Shown here: piece by piece, positions 19,626 through 30,161 of the stretch
Layout of the letters: each line of letters starts with the position of its first letter
How positions within the stretch are numbered: the first letter of the stretch is position 1
From: Pseudomonadota bacterium
GTDB taxonomy: Bacteria > Myxococcota_A > UBA9042
Reading direction: 5' to 3'
Assembly (NCBI GenBank): GCA_005792545.1
Contig: SXRM01000386.1
Location: 934-64,933 of the forward strand
DNA: 64,000 bases
The notes under the pieces: generated by a model
Told to the model about the DNA's origin: nothing
The model's input: the letters and a program-made list of their open reading frames with translations, nothing else
Database searches by the model: none
Program-made: the position numbers and the translations under genes

Positions 19626-20612
19626 ATGGCACGAACCCTCGTCGCCCCGTGGATCGCAGCCGCCCTGGCGTTGTCTGTGTGCGGCTGTTTTCAGCCCGTT
19701 CAGGAGCCGCCCACGGTCGATTTGGCCACCGCCGATGCTGGCGCGGTGTTCATGCCCGACACCGGGGCGCCCGACGCCCCGCGGCTTGGCAAAGACCTGG
19801 CCGAAGCGACGGACGACGTCGCCGACGACAGCGAAGAAAAGCCGGTGGATGTGCTGCTTGATGCCGCAGACGTCACCCACGCGGTCGACGCCGAGTTCGC
19901 CGATGCCCTGCCGACCGATGCCACACCGAGCGACATCGCCGCCGACGCCACCAGCGGCTGCGGCAACGGCGCTTGCGACGCCGACGAAACCTGCACGACG
20001 TGCGCCAAGGACTGCGGCGCGTGCCCGGCTGCCCTGTGCAAGGTCCTGACATCCAAGGGCTGTCCAGACGGCCAGCAGTGCTTTCCCGACGGCAAAGCCA
20101 ACCTGTGCTACGCGGCGGGCGCCGGCAAGCATGGGGACAAGTGCAAGCAATTCAACGACTGTGTCGTCGGTGTGCTGTGCGTGGCGGGCTTCTGCCGGCA
20201 ACTGTGCGACTGGACCGGCAAGGACGCCACCAACCTGTGCAAGCCGGGGGTACCCTGCGACAAGCTGGTGTTCGACGGCGCCGGCGAGGTCGGCGATAGC
20301 CTTGGCGCCTGCAAACCCAGCGAGCCGTGCAAGCCTTTGACCGACGAGGGCTGTCCCGCAGGCTCGACCTGCACCCCGACCGGCTGGCTCAAGACCTGCG
20401 TCGTCGCGGGCACGGGGGGCGTCGGCAGCGCCTGCACCGCGCAGGGCGCTTGCAAGCCCGGCCTCTTGTGCACCGACGTGGGGTCGGGCAAGAAGTGCCT
20501 GGCGCGCTGCCACACCGACGGCGGCGCGCCCGCGTGCGCGGCCGGCGACTGCAAGCCGGTCTTGGGCCCCGACGGCAAGGCGGTGCCTGAGTTCGTCGGC
20601 GTCTGCAACTAG
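19626..20612 (+). CDS. Cysteine-rich secreted (lipo)protein with Dickkopf-N-like / myxobacterial Cys-repeat modules
   Basis: Signal MARTLVAPWIAAALALSVCGC. The C-terminal 230 aa carry repeating C-x-DC..G..C..C modules (GCPDGQQCFPDG..C, GCPAGSTCTPTG..C, CKPGLLCTDVG..C). The ORF-track start at 19428 overlaps the previous gene. The ATG at 19626 follows that gene's stop. Confidence 0.65.
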   Translation: MARTLVAPWIAAALALSVCGCFQPVQEPPTVDLATADAGAVFMPDTGAPDAPRLGKDLAEATDDVADDSEEKPVDVLLDAADVTHAVDAEFADALPTDATPSDIAADATSGCGNGACDADETCTTCAKDCGACPAALCKVLTSKGCPDGQQCFPDGKANLCYAAGAGKHGDKCKQFNDCVVGVLCVAGFCRQLCDWTGKDATNLCKPGVPCDKLVFDGAGEVGDSLGACKPSEPCKPLTDEGCPAGSTCTPTGWLKTCVVAGTGGVGSACTAQGACKPGLLCTDVGSGKKCLARCHTDGGAPACAAGDCKPVLGPDGKAVPEFVGVCN

Positions 20613-20635
20613 TCGAAAACGAAAACAGTCTGCCG

Positions 20636-20650
20636 GGCCGCGCTGCGGCC
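20636..20650 (+). terminator. Candidate intrinsic terminator hairpin (GGCCGC-GCT-GCGGCC) followed by TAGTTTGG
   Basis: Perfect 6-bp GC stem with a 3-nt loop, 24 nt after the stop at 20612, followed by a short T run. Confidence 0.3.
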
Positions 20651-20665
20651 TAGTTTGGAAGTGTC

Positions 20666-22426
20666 ATGTACGACCTCAAGGTTACTGGCGCGCGCATCGT
20701 GGACGGCAGCGGTGCCCCGGCTTTTGAGGGTGACATCGGCATCGCCGACGGGCGTATTGTGGCCGTGGGCCATGCCCCGGATGCGGCTCGCCACAGCCTC
20801 GACGCGCAGGGTCTGCACGCCACGCCGGGGTTTGTCGACATCCACACCCACTACGACGGCCAGGCCAGCTGGGACGCCGACATGATGCCGAGCTCGATCC
20901 ACGGCACCACCACGGCGGTCATGGGCAACTGCGGGGTCGGGTTCGCCCCGTGCCGTGTCCAAGACAGGCAGAAGATCATTGAGCTCATGGAAGGCGTGGA
21001 GGACATTCCCGGCAGCGTGCTGTGGGAGGGCATCGACTGGCAGTGGCAGACCACCGCAGAGTACATCGACGCCCTGGCCCGCAAGCCGCGCGCCATCGAC
21101 GTAGCGGTACAGGTGCCGCACGACGCCCTGCGGATGTGGACGATGGGCGAGCGGGCAGTGGCGGCCGAGCAAGCGACCGACGACGACCTGACGGCCATGC
21201 GCGCCGAGCTGCGGGCGGCGCTGCAGGCGGGTGCCGTTGGCTTCTCGACGGGACGCACCGACAACCACCGCACGCGGTTTGGCGCACCGACGCCGGCGGC
21301 CGAGGCCAGCATCCGCGAGCTGCAGGCGCTGGCGAGCGCGTTCGACGGCCTGGATCACGGTGTGCTGATGGCGGTGTCAGACTACGACATGGAAGCCGGT
21401 CCCGACCGCTTTGACCGCGAGTTTGACGTGGTGCAGGCGATGGCTGCGGCGGCGACCGGGCACAAGACCTCGCTGTCGTTGTCCCAGCGTGACCTGGAGC
21501 CGGAGCAGTGGCAGCGCATCCTGGCTCGCGTCGACGCGGCAGTGGCCCAGGGTCTGGACCTGCGCGTGCAGGTCGCGCCGCGCGGTATTGGCGTGCTGCT
21601 GGGGCTGCAGGCGACGTTTCACCCGTTCATCGGTTTTCCGAGCTACAAGAAGATCGCGCACCTGCCGATCGACGAGCGGGTGGCGGCGTTGCGCGACCCG
21701 GCGTTTCGCGCCCAGATGCTGACCGAGTCCAACGACAAGGTGGCGGGCGACGGCAGTTCGATTCCGCCGCTCGCCGACCGCATGCTGGCGATGCTCGACC
21801 AGTTGGCGTTCAAGCTATTTCGGCTGGGCGAGCGGCCCAACTACGAACCAGCGATGGCCGACTCGATTGGCATGGCGGCGCGGCGGCGCGGCGTATCGGC
21901 CAAGGAAGAGATTTACGACGCGCTGTTGGAGCAGGATGGCCGCGCGCTCATCTACTTTCCCATCTACAACTACCAGGGTTTCAACTTGGAGGCCGTGCGG
22001 CAAATGCTGACTCACCCGCGCGCTTTGCCGGGGCTGTCCGACGGCGGTGCGCATGCGGGCACCATCTGCGACGCCAGTTTTCCGACTTTTCTGGTCACCT
22101 GGTGGACCCGCGACCGGCCGCAGGGCCGTATTGCACTCGAGCGCGCGGTGCAGATGCTCGCCGCCGACACCGCCGACTACATGGGTTTTGCCGATCGCGG
22201 GCGCATCGCCGTCGGTCTGCGCGCTGACCTGAACCTGATCGACTACGCCGCACTGGATCTCGAAGTTCCGCGGCTGGTGGCAGACCTGCCAGCAGGCGGT
22301 CGGCGGCTGTTGCAGCGGGCGACGGGCTACCGCGCGACGCTAGTCGCAGGTCAGGTCGTCTGCCAGGACGGTCAGTTGACTGGCACACGTCCGGGTCGGG
22401 TGGTGCGGGGTCCCGTTCACGCTTGA
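20666..22426 (+). CDS. N-acyl-D-amino-acid deacylase (D-aminoacylase) family amidohydrolase
   Basis: N-terminal LKVTGARIVDGSG...GDIGIADGRIVAVG...PGFVDIHTHYDGQ is characteristic of the D-aminoacylase/amidohydrolase family. Total 586 aa. Confidence 0.85.
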   Translation: MYDLKVTGARIVDGSGAPAFEGDIGIADGRIVAVGHAPDAARHSLDAQGLHATPGFVDIHTHYDGQASWDADMMPSSIHGTTTAVMGNCGVGFAPCRVQDRQKIIELMEGVEDIPGSVLWEGIDWQWQTTAEYIDALARKPRAIDVAVQVPHDALRMWTMGERAVAAEQATDDDLTAMRAELRAALQAGAVGFSTGRTDNHRTRFGAPTPAAEASIRELQALASAFDGLDHGVLMAVSDYDMEAGPDRFDREFDVVQAMAAAATGHKTSLSLSQRDLEPEQWQRILARVDAAVAQGLDLRVQVAPRGIGVLLGLQATFHPFIGFPSYKKIAHLPIDERVAALRDPAFRAQMLTESNDKVAGDGSSIPPLADRMLAMLDQLAFKLFRLGERPNYEPAMADSIGMAARRRGVSAKEEIYDALLEQDGRALIYFPIYNYQGFNLEAVRQMLTHPRALPGLSDGGAHAGTICDASFPTFLVTWWTRDRPQGRIALERAVQMLAADTADYMGFADRGRIAVGLRADLNLIDYAALDLEVPRLVADLPAGGRRLLQRATGYRATLVAGQVVCQDGQLTGTRPGRVVRGPVHA

Positions 22427-22537
22427 CCCTGCCGCTTTGACACTTTGCCTGTGACTGTCCCTGTCTTAGCGCTTACCGAACCCACCGCATCGCCTGCTTG
22501 CGCCAATCCCCATTGCACCGCAAAATCCGCGCCCGCG

Positions 22538-22762
22538 ATGACCGAACCCGCGCCCGCTGCCATCACCATCACGCTCAACGGCGAGTCGCACACCTTGCCA
22601 GGCGGCACCACTGTCGCCGCGCTGCTGGCCCAACTCGGTACCCCTGAGTTTGGTGCCGCCGTAGAGCGCAATCGCGCGGTGGTCCGCAAGAAAGACCACG
22701 CGTTGACCGCCCTGCAAGCCGGCGACGTGGTTGAGATTGTCCAGTTCGTCGGCGGCGGCTGA
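22538..22762 (+). CDS. thiS: Sulfur carrier protein ThiS
   Basis: [26 protein letters not shown]...[13 protein letters not shown] ends in the Gly-Gly of ThiS. The ATG at 22538 gives a ~74-aa protein. The ORF-track start at 22445 is probably a spurious extension. Confidence 0.8.
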   Translation: MTEPAPAAITITLNGESHTLPGGTTVAALLAQLGTPEFGAAVERNRAVVRKKDHALTALQAGDVVEIVQFVGGG

Positions 22763-22785
22763 CCCTACCCTGCACCCGGAACACC

Positions 22786-23565
22786 ATGAACGACACCCAA
22801 ACCGATGCCTGGCAGTTGGCCGGGCGGACCCTGCACTCCCGGTTGCTGGTTGGGACCGGCAAGTACGCCGACCTGGACCAGACGCGCGCCGCCATCGCCG
22901 AGTCGGGCGCCGAAATCGTGACCGTGGCTGTGCGGCGGGTCGATTTTAGTCAGAAGCAAACCGTGCTCAACGCCCTGGATCGCGACCGCCACATCCTGCT
23001 GCCCCATACCGCCGGCTGCTACACCGCAGACGACGCCATTCGCTATGCCAATCTGGGCCGCGAGGCGGGTATGGGCGATCTGGTCAAGCTCGAAGTCATC
23101 GGTGACCCCAAGACGCTGTTTCCAGACAATCAGGCCACGCTCGAGGCCGCCAAAGTCCTGGTCGCCGATGGTTTTGTGGTGCTGCCCTACGTGGGCGACG
23201 ACCCGGTTTTGTGCAAAAAGCTGCAAGACCTCGGCTGTGCGGCGGTGATGCCGCTTGGCGCCCCCATCGGCTCTGGTCTGGGCATTCGCAACCCCTTCAA
23301 CCTGCAGATCATCTTGGAGCAGGCCACGGTCCCCGTGCTCGTCGACGCAGGCGTAGGCACCGCCAGCGACGCCGCCATCGCGCTGGAGCTCGGCTGCACC
23401 GCCGTGCTGATGAACACCGCCATCGCCGGCGCCAAGGACCCAGTGAGGATGGCGCGGGCGATGCGGTTGGCAGTGCAGGCTGGCCGCGAGGCGTACCTGG
23501 CCGGCCGCATCCCGCGCAAGTTGCATGCCGCTGCGTCCAGCCCGCTGCACGGCCTGTTGACGTGA
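22786..23565 (+). CDS. thiG: Thiazole synthase ThiG
   Basis: Full-length ThiG with conserved [41 protein letters not shown] and [12 protein letters not shown] motifs. Confidence 0.92.
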   Translation: MNDTQTDAWQLAGRTLHSRLLVGTGKYADLDQTRAAIAESGAEIVTVAVRRVDFSQKQTVLNALDRDRHILLPHTAGCYTADDAIRYANLGREAGMGDLVKLEVIGDPKTLFPDNQATLEAAKVLVADGFVVLPYVGDDPVLCKKLQDLGCAAVMPLGAPIGSGLGIRNPFNLQIILEQATVPVLVDAGVGTASDAAIALELGCTAVLMNTAIAGAKDPVRMARAMRLAVQAGREAYLAGRIPRKLHAAASSPLHGLLT

Positions 23566-24212
23566 CCGCTGCGCGGATCGTGGCCATTGCCGACGCGGCA
23601 GCGGTGCATGGGCCGGACGGCGCACAGTTGGCCTTTGACCTCGGGCGCTTTGCGCGCGCATGTGCCGATTCGGATGTGCCCTGGGCCCTGTGGCTGCGCG
23701 CGCACGACTGGTCGGCCGACCGCTGGCTGCCGGTGGCCCGATCGTTGGCCTGGGTCGGTGGACTCAGCGGCTCGCTAGGCGTGTCGGCGCCCGCTGATGG
23801 ATCTGGCGGCTTTCGTGCGGTCGGCCTGGCGGCGGCTGGCGTCGCTCGGCTGCATGTGCCGGCGGCGCGCTGGCCGGATTGGCAAGGGGCGCAAGCGGGC
23901 GTGCCGCTGTGGGTTGCCTGTCACGCACCTGTCCAAGCCGATGCCGCACTGGCCCAGGGCGCTGGGCTAGTGGTGCTGTCGCCGATCTGGAACACCCCGA
24001 GCAAGCCGAAAGTGCCTGCCCTAGGCCTGGACGCCTTGACCGCGACGTGCGCGGCGCACGCGGGCCGCGTGGTTGCTCTGGGCGGAATCGACGCGCGCAC
24101 GGCAGCGTCGGCCCTGGGCGCGGGCGCGTCTGCCGTCGCGACCTTGTCGGCATGGCGGCAGGATCCGCGGGGGCTGGTGACGGCGGTTGCCAGCGTCGGG
24201 CGCATGGTCTAG
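23562..24212 (+). CDS. thiE: Thiamine-phosphate synthase-like protein (ThiE family, divergent)
   Basis: C-terminal [34 protein letters not shown]...[24 protein letters not shown] matches the ThiE TIM-barrel C-terminus. The GTG start at 23562 overlaps the thiG TGA (GTGA). The ORF-track start at 23211 is inside thiG. Confidence 0.6.
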   Translation: MTAARIVAIADAAAVHGPDGAQLAFDLGRFARACADSDVPWALWLRAHDWSADRWLPVARSLAWVGGLSGSLGVSAPADGSGGFRAVGLAAAGVARLHVPAARWPDWQGAQAGVPLWVACHAPVQADAALAQGAGLVVLSPIWNTPSKPKVPALGLDALTATCAAHAGRVVALGGIDARTAASALGAGASAVATLSAWRQDPRGLVTAVASVGRMV

Positions 24213-24252
24213 CGTCGCCGCATCGCCAGGGCAGGCGCGCAGGACACAACGG

Positions 24253-24618
24253 ATGGACATCGCGGCAAAAGTGGTGCTCGGCCTCGTCGCCATACTGCAC
24301 GTGTACTTCTTTTTTCTGGAGGCGGTGGTGTGGGGCCGGCCGCGCACCAACAAAGTCTTTGGCATCACCGCTGAGCAGGCGACCCATGCCGCCGTGTTCG
24401 CCAAGAATCAGGGTGTCTACAACCTGTTTCTGGTCGCAGGCTTGCTGTGGTCGTTCGTGCACCCGGACCCGGCGTTTTCGCGACAGCTCGCGCTGTTTTT
24501 CGGCGGCTGCGTGGTCGTCGCCGGTGTAGTCGGCGCGATGACGGCCAACAAGCGCATCCTGTTCGTACAGGCCGTGCCGGCGCTGGTCGGCGTGGCGCTT
24601 ACACTAGCCGCAGGCTAG
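24253..24618 (+). CDS. Small integral membrane protein (DUF1304-like)
   Basis: The ATG at 24253 gives MDIAAKVVLGLVAILHVYFFFLEAVVWG..., a 121-aa protein with 3-4 TM helices. Confidence 0.6.
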   Translation: MDIAAKVVLGLVAILHVYFFFLEAVVWGRPRTNKVFGITAEQATHAAVFAKNQGVYNLFLVAGLLWSFVHPDPAFSRQLALFFGGCVVVAGVVGAMTANKRILFVQAVPALVGVALTLAAG

Positions 24619-24645
24619 CCCGGTCGCTGCCAAAGTTGACGGGCC

Positions 24646-26385
24646 ATGGCAAATCGCTACCGTGTGCGCGTCCGGCCGTTCCGCGGCCACCAGTTTGAGG
24701 TCTGCCTGACCCGCCGCGTCCGCTCTGCCGCCCTTGTGCTTGCCGCTTGCGCATGGGTGCTCGCCGCGTGCCAGCAGAAGGTGGCACCCGAGCCCTTCGA
24801 CCTGCCCGACTCGTTCGTACCAAGCGACGCCGCGCCAGAGGTTGCAGCCGCGGACGCCAAGGTGGCCAAGTGGGTCACCGACGCCAGCCCGCCGGTCCCG
24901 ACCTCGATCGCACCGCCGGCCGCCTGCACGACCACCTGGAATTTTCAAACGCCCGCGCTGCCAGAACCCGTCGGCGACGTCGGCATCGAGCCATCCTCGC
25001 CCCTGGTCGCCACCGGCGTCGACGAAAAGGTGTTCCTGTATGTGATCTTGCCCGGCAAGTCGACGCTCGACACGGCGGCTGATGGCCCGCTGGCCGTCAC
25101 TACCACCCAAGGCGCGACGGTGCAGGCGGTCCAGTTCGCCAACAAGGGAATCGGCAGCGCAGTTTTGCGGTTTGCCGCGGCAGGGCAGCACACCATCACG
25201 GCGACCTACGCCGATGGACGCTCGGGCACGATTGCCGTGCAGGCCTATGCGACCAAGTTGCCGGTCTGGCAGATCGACATGCCCGGCGCCACCTTTGCGG
25301 CCATGCTCGCCGACCCGTACCACAAGCAATACCGGCCGTGCGCGCTGTGGGTCGGCGACCAGTTCTACCCCAACGCCGAGATCCGCCTGCATGGCGGCAC
25401 CAGCGTCGACCTGCCTAAGCGCAGCTTTCGCATCAACCTCAAGGGCGGCGCCAGCTTGCCCGACGGCCGCAAGCGCCTGATCTTGCGCAGCGAATACATC
25501 GACAAGAGCATGCTGCGCACGGCGATCGGCTACGAGGCGTTTCGCCAGGCGACATGGCTGCCGGTGCCCAAGACCGAGTTCGTGCACGTGCGCGTGGGCC
25601 AGCGCATGTACGGTGTCATGCAGTTGGTCGAGCACTTGGACGGCGACTGGCTGGCCACGCGCGGGCGTAATGGCAATGGGACGCTGTACGAGGGCGACCC
25701 GCCGCACGAAATGTCCAATCCGGGCGCTAATTTGACGCCGCTGTTCCCGGCTGATCAGTACGCCAAGATCTATGCCAAGCACCAGGGGCCAAAGGGTCTG
25801 GCCGACCTCGTCTCGTTCATCGAGCAGGTGCTGCTGCTGCCGGACGACAAGCTGGGCAAGACGCTGGATCTCTACCTCAAGGTGCGCGACTGGATCGAGT
25901 ACGCGGCGATGATGGCCGTGCTGCAGAACCACGAGCACATCCGCAAAAACTGGTACATGTACCGCGACCACGATGGCGTCGACGACCGCTTTGAGATGCT
26001 GGCTTGGGACCTGGACCTGACTTTTGGGCACCTGTGGAGCTTGGAAAAGGACGCCTTTGACGAGGCCATCATCGCCGACGCTCCGGCCGACAAAGGTCGC
26101 AAAGCGGTCGATGGCGTGTTCTTCAACCAGCTCTATCGCATCCTCGATCGGCAACAGTGGCGGGCAATCTGGCAGCAGCGCGTGCTCGCGCTGGCCGATC
26201 TGGTGCTCGACGAGTCGTTCTTGGGGCCACGCATCGACGCGCTATTGTGCACGCTTGGGCCGGACGTGTTCGCCGACCCGCGCAAGCGAGCGACCAACGC
26301 CGAGTACTTGCAGCGCGTCGAAGAGCTGCGCGCGTTTGCCAAGGCGCGGCGCCTGAGCCTGCACGCGCAGTTGGACGGCAAGTGA
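24646..26385 (+). CDS. CotH-family (spore coat protein H-like) atypical kinase, lipoprotein
   Basis: Lipobox VLAACAWVLAAC. CotH-type core with LVEHLDGDWL, NWYMYRDHDG and FEMLAWDLDLTFG. Total 579 aa. Confidence 0.8.
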   Translation: MANRYRVRVRPFRGHQFEVCLTRRVRSAALVLAACAWVLAACQQKVAPEPFDLPDSFVPSDAAPEVAAADAKVAKWVTDASPPVPTSIAPPAACTTTWNFQTPALPEPVGDVGIEPSSPLVATGVDEKVFLYVILPGKSTLDTAADGPLAVTTTQGATVQAVQFANKGIGSAVLRFAAAGQHTITATYADGRSGTIAVQAYATKLPVWQIDMPGATFAAMLADPYHKQYRPCALWVGDQFYPNAEIRLHGGTSVDLPKRSFRINLKGGASLPDGRKRLILRSEYIDKSMLRTAIGYEAFRQATWLPVPKTEFVHVRVGQRMYGVMQLVEHLDGDWLATRGRNGNGTLYEGDPPHEMSNPGANLTPLFPADQYAKIYAKHQGPKGLADLVSFIEQVLLLPDDKLGKTLDLYLKVRDWIEYAAMMAVLQNHEHIRKNWYMYRDHDGVDDRFEMLAWDLDLTFGHLWSLEKDAFDEAIIADAPADKGRKAVDGVFFNQLYRILDRQQWRAIWQQRVLALADLVLDESFLGPRIDALLCTLGPDVFADPRKRATNAEYLQRVEELRAFAKARRLSLHAQLDGK

Positions 26386-29300
26386 ACGCAAGGAGGGCGG
26401 CGCTGGTGGCGAGCGCCTGTGCGTTGCTGCCGGTCACCGCTATCGCCTGGCCGTGGCCGACACCTGCGCCCGCCTCTGCACGCTGCGGCGACTACTGGCA
26501 GCAGACCAGCCATGTCTTGGGCTCCGGCGCGGCGTTGCGCACGGCTGAGGCGGCCGATCTGCAGTCGCTGGCCAACCAGATCTGTGCTGGCGGCAAGCGC
26601 AAGCCGTGGGCTGTCCTCGACAAGGCACTGCGAATGGCCAGGCTGTCGCCGTTTGCGCCACCCCAAGCGGCCGAGTTGCTGCGCGCAACGGCAAGCGTGA
26701 CTGGCGCGTTGCCAGAATACGCGGCCGCCACCGCCGTCCTGCGTGGCGCCGAAGCGGCCGTGCGCGCCCAGTGGATCGCCGTGCCGGCCGACCCCCATCC
26801 CGAAGTAGCGACGCCTCAGCTGGCAGCGTGGTCGTGGCTCGGGCCGTTTGGTGCCGAACATGGCACGGCATTTGCCCGCACCGCGCCGATCGAGGCGGAG
26901 GCCATGGCGCGACCGACTGCCGCCGGTGCCGAACGCGCGCGCGGCCGCGAAGCCGAGGTGCATTGGCAACGGCTGCCTGCAACCGCAACTGCGGCCCATG
27001 CGCCGCTGCAGCTGCACGAGTGGGTAGACCGGCCCGACGACGCCATCGTGTACGCGCAGACTTGGGTTCGCCCCGCGGCCGGTGGGCACGCCCGCGCCTG
27101 GCTGCTGGCCGCCAGCCCGGGGCCGTTGCGCGTGTGGTTCGCGGGCCGGCTGGTCGTGGACCTGCCCGAAGCGCCCGCGCCCGATGGCCTGCCCGGCGAC
27201 ATGCCGGCGCCGCCACCCGCCGATGCGACGGCCGTTGCGCTACCCGCGGGCTGGACGCGGCTACTGGTCAAAGCCGGTCCAACGGGCGCGCGCATCGCCA
27301 TTGGCCTGTCGTTGGTCGACGACCGCGGGATACCCTTGCCCGTACAGACGACCGCCACAGCGCCAGATGTCGTTGCCGCGCCCATCGCGGTCGGTGCGAT
27401 GCCCGGGATAGCGCCCGGCCTGCCGCCCGTGCGCGACGCCAGCGGCAACCTGGCCGGCGAGGCGATTGCAGCGCTACTGCAGCTGGCCTGGCACGGCTGG
27501 CGACTGCCGGCCGACTTGCACGACGAGCTATTGAACCTTCCACTTGACGAAGTGCCCGCCGATCCCGTGCTGGCGCTGGCCCACGCCAACCTGCCCGGCG
27601 AGGCCGGCGATCGCCTGTCACGCCTGGCCGACTGGCGACACAGACTGCCGCAGAGCGCCGAGTTGGCGCTGGCCCACGCGCTGGCGCTCGATGCCGACGG
27701 GCAGGGCACTGCGGCGCTGCGGGCGTGGTTGGGGTTCCGCCACGCGCAGGGCCAGGGCAAGGCGGCGCCCTTTGCCTCCGTCGATCTGTGCCTTGGCCAA
27801 CTGCGCCTGCTGCGCGCAGCCGGGGCCGAAGTGCTGGCCGCCGATGCGTTGGACCGCTGCCTGACCCAGGCCCCGCATCGCCTGCTGTGGGAAGAGCGCT
27901 TGCGCAAAGCCAACGCGCCGGTGCATGCCTGGCCTGGGTGGTTTAGCGCGGAGACGCTGCATCGGGCCTTGCGTGACGCCGACTGGACCCGGGCCCAGGC
28001 TCAGATTGCCGCAACCGTTGCCGTCCATCCCGGCCGCACGCGGCTGTGGGAGGGGCTCGCCCGCGCCCAGCTGGACCGCAACCAGGCGGCGTCGGGCGAG
28101 GCCACGCTGCAGCGGGTTCCGATGGGACAGCGGCGATCGCAGTGGCACGAGTTGGCGGCGCGGGCCGCGCGGGCCTTGGGCCGAGACGCCGATGCTCTGG
28201 CGCTGTTGCAGACCGCCGTGGCGCTGGCCCCGCAGCGCGCCGACCTGCGCACGCGGCTGCGCCTGTGGACCACCGGGCGCGACTTCTACGCTGAGCACCG
28301 CCGCGACTTGATTGCGCTGGTGCAGCGCGAGCGCGCTCAGCCGCGCCGCCATCCGTTTGAGGTGCGCTTGCGCCAGACGGTGCTCGCTGGCTTGGGCAAC
28401 GGTCAGCAGGCGCGCTATGAGGCGGAGATCTACTACATCGGCCCAGGCGGCCCGACCAGCCACAGCCAGGACATCGACTACGCGCCCAGCCTGTCGCAGG
28501 CCGAGATGCTGCAGGTCGCCGTCGTGCGCGCCAACGGTCAGGTCGATCGCAGCGTCGAGCAGTCGACACAGCAATTCGGCGACGACAGCAGCGGCCTGTA
28601 CTTTGACCTCGCGCGCACGACGTTGCAGTTTCGCAAGCTCAAGCCTGGCGACGCGATCGTCGTCGAGCACGAGATCTCCGACCTGGGGCCGGCGCCGTTT
28701 GGCCTGGTGTTTGGCGAGCTGCTGCCACTTGGCGACACCAGCCCCGTGCGCGAAGTGGACATCACCATCCGGTTGCCCGCAGGGACTCCGCTGCACCACA
28801 CCGTGTTCGACCCTGCGCGACCCGACGCCCGCCATCCGCCGCCATTGCGCCGCGAGCTGAAAACGCCTGGCGGCGACACCAGTGAATGGCGCTGGAAAAT
28901 GGGTCCCTTTGCGGCGGCGCCCAGCGAAGCGCGCTCTCCCAACGCGCTGGAGCGCGCAGCTGTCCTGCACGCCAGTTCGTTTGCCAGCTGGCAGGCCGCG
29001 GCTGCGTGGTTCGGAGCGCTATTGCGCGAGGCGCTGCCCGTTCCCGGTCAGGATCCGACCATCCGCGAGCTGGCGCGCAAGCTCGCCGTAGGCAAGGATG
29101 GCACCGAAGCACAAGTGCGCGCGGTGTTTGAGTTCGCCCGCGCCCAAGTGCGCTACGTCGGCCTGGAGTTCGGCATCCACAGCATCAAGCCCCACGCGGC
29201 GTGGCAGGTGGCGCAGCGGCAATTCGGCGACTGCAAAGACAAGGCTACGCTCATCGTCGCGCTGTTGGCTGAGCTGGGCATCGACGCCCAGGTTGCGCTG

Positions 29301-30161
29301 GTGCGCACCTCGGACTTGGGCCAGGTCAAAGACGGGGTGGCGTCGCTTGGCATCTTCAACCACGCGATCGCCTACGTGCCGCGCTTGGACTGGTGGCTCG
29401 ACGCGACTGCGGTGGCCAATGGCCCACTGGAACTGCCCGACGGCGACTGCAGCGGCCAGGCCTTGCGCATCGGCACGGACAGCGACCTTGAGACGCTGCC
29501 CGATCCCGATCCCAGCCGGCAACAGGCGGAAGTCGCGATCGACGTTGAACTGGCGGCCGACGGCAGCGCCCACCTGCGCTGGAGCGGACGTTTTGCCGGA
29601 TTGACTGCCGCCCAGCTGCGCGGCGAGCTGGCCGCGGTGACCAACAAGAAAGAGAAGATGGAGGCCGAGCTTGCGCCGCGCTGGCCCGGAGTCGCGGTGC
29701 GGTCGGTCACAGTCACCGGTATCGAACCCCAAGCCGACGTGGTCACTATCGCGATCGACGCTCAGCTGAGCCAGTTGGGCGTTCGCCAAGGACAGCGGTT
29801 GCGCTGGGCGCCGCTGCGGCCGTCGTCGGCGTTGCTCGACACCTGGGTGGGCGAAGAAACGCGCAAGACACCGCTCTTGCTGCCGCGGCCGTTGGGAGTC
29901 AAGGAAACGCTGCGGCTGCACCTGCCGCCGGGCGTCCAGGTGGCTGAACTGCCGAGCGCGGCGTCGGCAAGTGGCCCGAGTGCGACGTTTGAGATGGCGG
30001 CTCAGCACGACGACGCGATGCTGCAAGTGGCGTGCGTCTGGCAGGTCGGTGCCCGGCGGGTGGCGGTGGACAAGTATCCGTCGCTGCGGGCGTTCTTCGC
30101 CAAGCTGGACGCCGCCCTGCGCGGCGAAATCGTGCTGCAATGGCCCCTGGAGGCGAAGTGA
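26382..30161 (+). CDS. Secreted TPR-repeat / DUF3857-like / transglutaminase-like cysteine protease domain protein (catalytic Cys-His-Asp intact)
   Basis: The GTG start at 26382 overlaps the CotH TGA. Signal peptide VNARRAALVASACALLPVTAIA. TPR-like repeats lie in the N-terminal half. The transglutaminase core is RQFGDCKDKATLIVALLAELG...FNHAIAYVP...WLDAT. The ORF-track start at 26157 is inside CotH. Confidence 0.8.
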   Translation: MNARRAALVASACALLPVTAIAWPWPTPAPASARCGDYWQQTSHVLGSGAALRTAEAADLQSLANQICAGGKRKPWAVLDKALRMARLSPFAPPQAAELLRATASVTGALPEYAAATAVLRGAEAAVRAQWIAVPADPHPEVATPQLAAWSWLGPFGAEHGTAFARTAPIEAEAMARPTAAGAERARGREAEVHWQRLPATATAAHAPLQLHEWVDRPDDAIVYAQTWVRPAAGGHARAWLLAASPGPLRVWFAGRLVVDLPEAPAPDGLPGDMPAPPPADATAVALPAGWTRLLVKAGPTGARIAIGLSLVDDRGIPLPVQTTATAPDVVAAPIAVGAMPGIAPGLPPVRDASGNLAGEAIAALLQLAWHGWRLPADLHDELLNLPLDEVPADPVLALAHANLPGEAGDRLSRLADWRHRLPQSAELALAHALALDADGQGTAALRAWLGFRHAQGQGKAAPFASVDLCLGQLRLLRAAGAEVLAADALDRCLTQAPHRLLWEERLRKANAPVHAWPGWFSAETLHRALRDADWTRAQAQIAATVAVHPGRTRLWEGLARAQLDRNQAASGEATLQRVPMGQRRSQWHELAARAARALGRDADALALLQTAVALAPQRADLRTRLRLWTTGRDFYAEHRRDLIALVQRERAQPRRHPFEVRLRQTVLAGLGNGQQARYEAEIYYIGPGGPTSHSQDIDYAPSLSQAEMLQVAVVRANGQVDRSVEQSTQQFGDDSSGLYFDLARTTLQFRKLKPGDAIVVEHEISDLGPAPFGLVFGELLPLGDTSPVREVDITIRLPAGTPLHHTVFDPARPDARHPPPLRRELKTPGGDTSEWRWKMGPFAAAPSEARSPNALERAAVLHASSFASWQAAAAWFGALLREALPVPGQDPTIRELARKLAVGKDGTEAQVRAVFEFARAQVRYVGLEFGIHSIKPHAAWQVAQRQFGDCKDKATLIVALLAELGIDAQVALVRTSDLGQVKDGVASLGIFNHAIAYVPRLDWWLDATAVANGPLELPDGDCSGQALRIGTDSDLETLPDPDPSRQQAEVAIDVELAADGSAHLRWSGRFAGLTAAQLRGELAAVTNKKEKMEAELAPRWPGVAVRSVTVTGIEPQADVVTIAIDAQLSQLGVRQGQRLRWAPLRPSSALLDTWVGEETRKTPLLLPRPLGVKETLRLHLPPGVQVAELPSAASASGPSATFEMAAQHDDAMLQVACVWQVGARRVAVDKYPSLRAFFAKLDAALRGEIVLQWPLEAK

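Noticed and set aside
22427-22537. Possible TPP riboswitch upstream of thiS-thiG-thiE
   Set aside because: I looked for the conserved CUGAGA / ACCUGAUCUGGAUAAUGCCAGCG core and found nothing resembling it. The spacer may instead be the 5-prime part of a longer thiS ORF, or unstructured leader. An Rfam scan would settle it.
22765-23661. 298-aa minus-strand ORF across thiG
   Set aside because: thiG on the plus strand is unambiguous from its conserved motifs.
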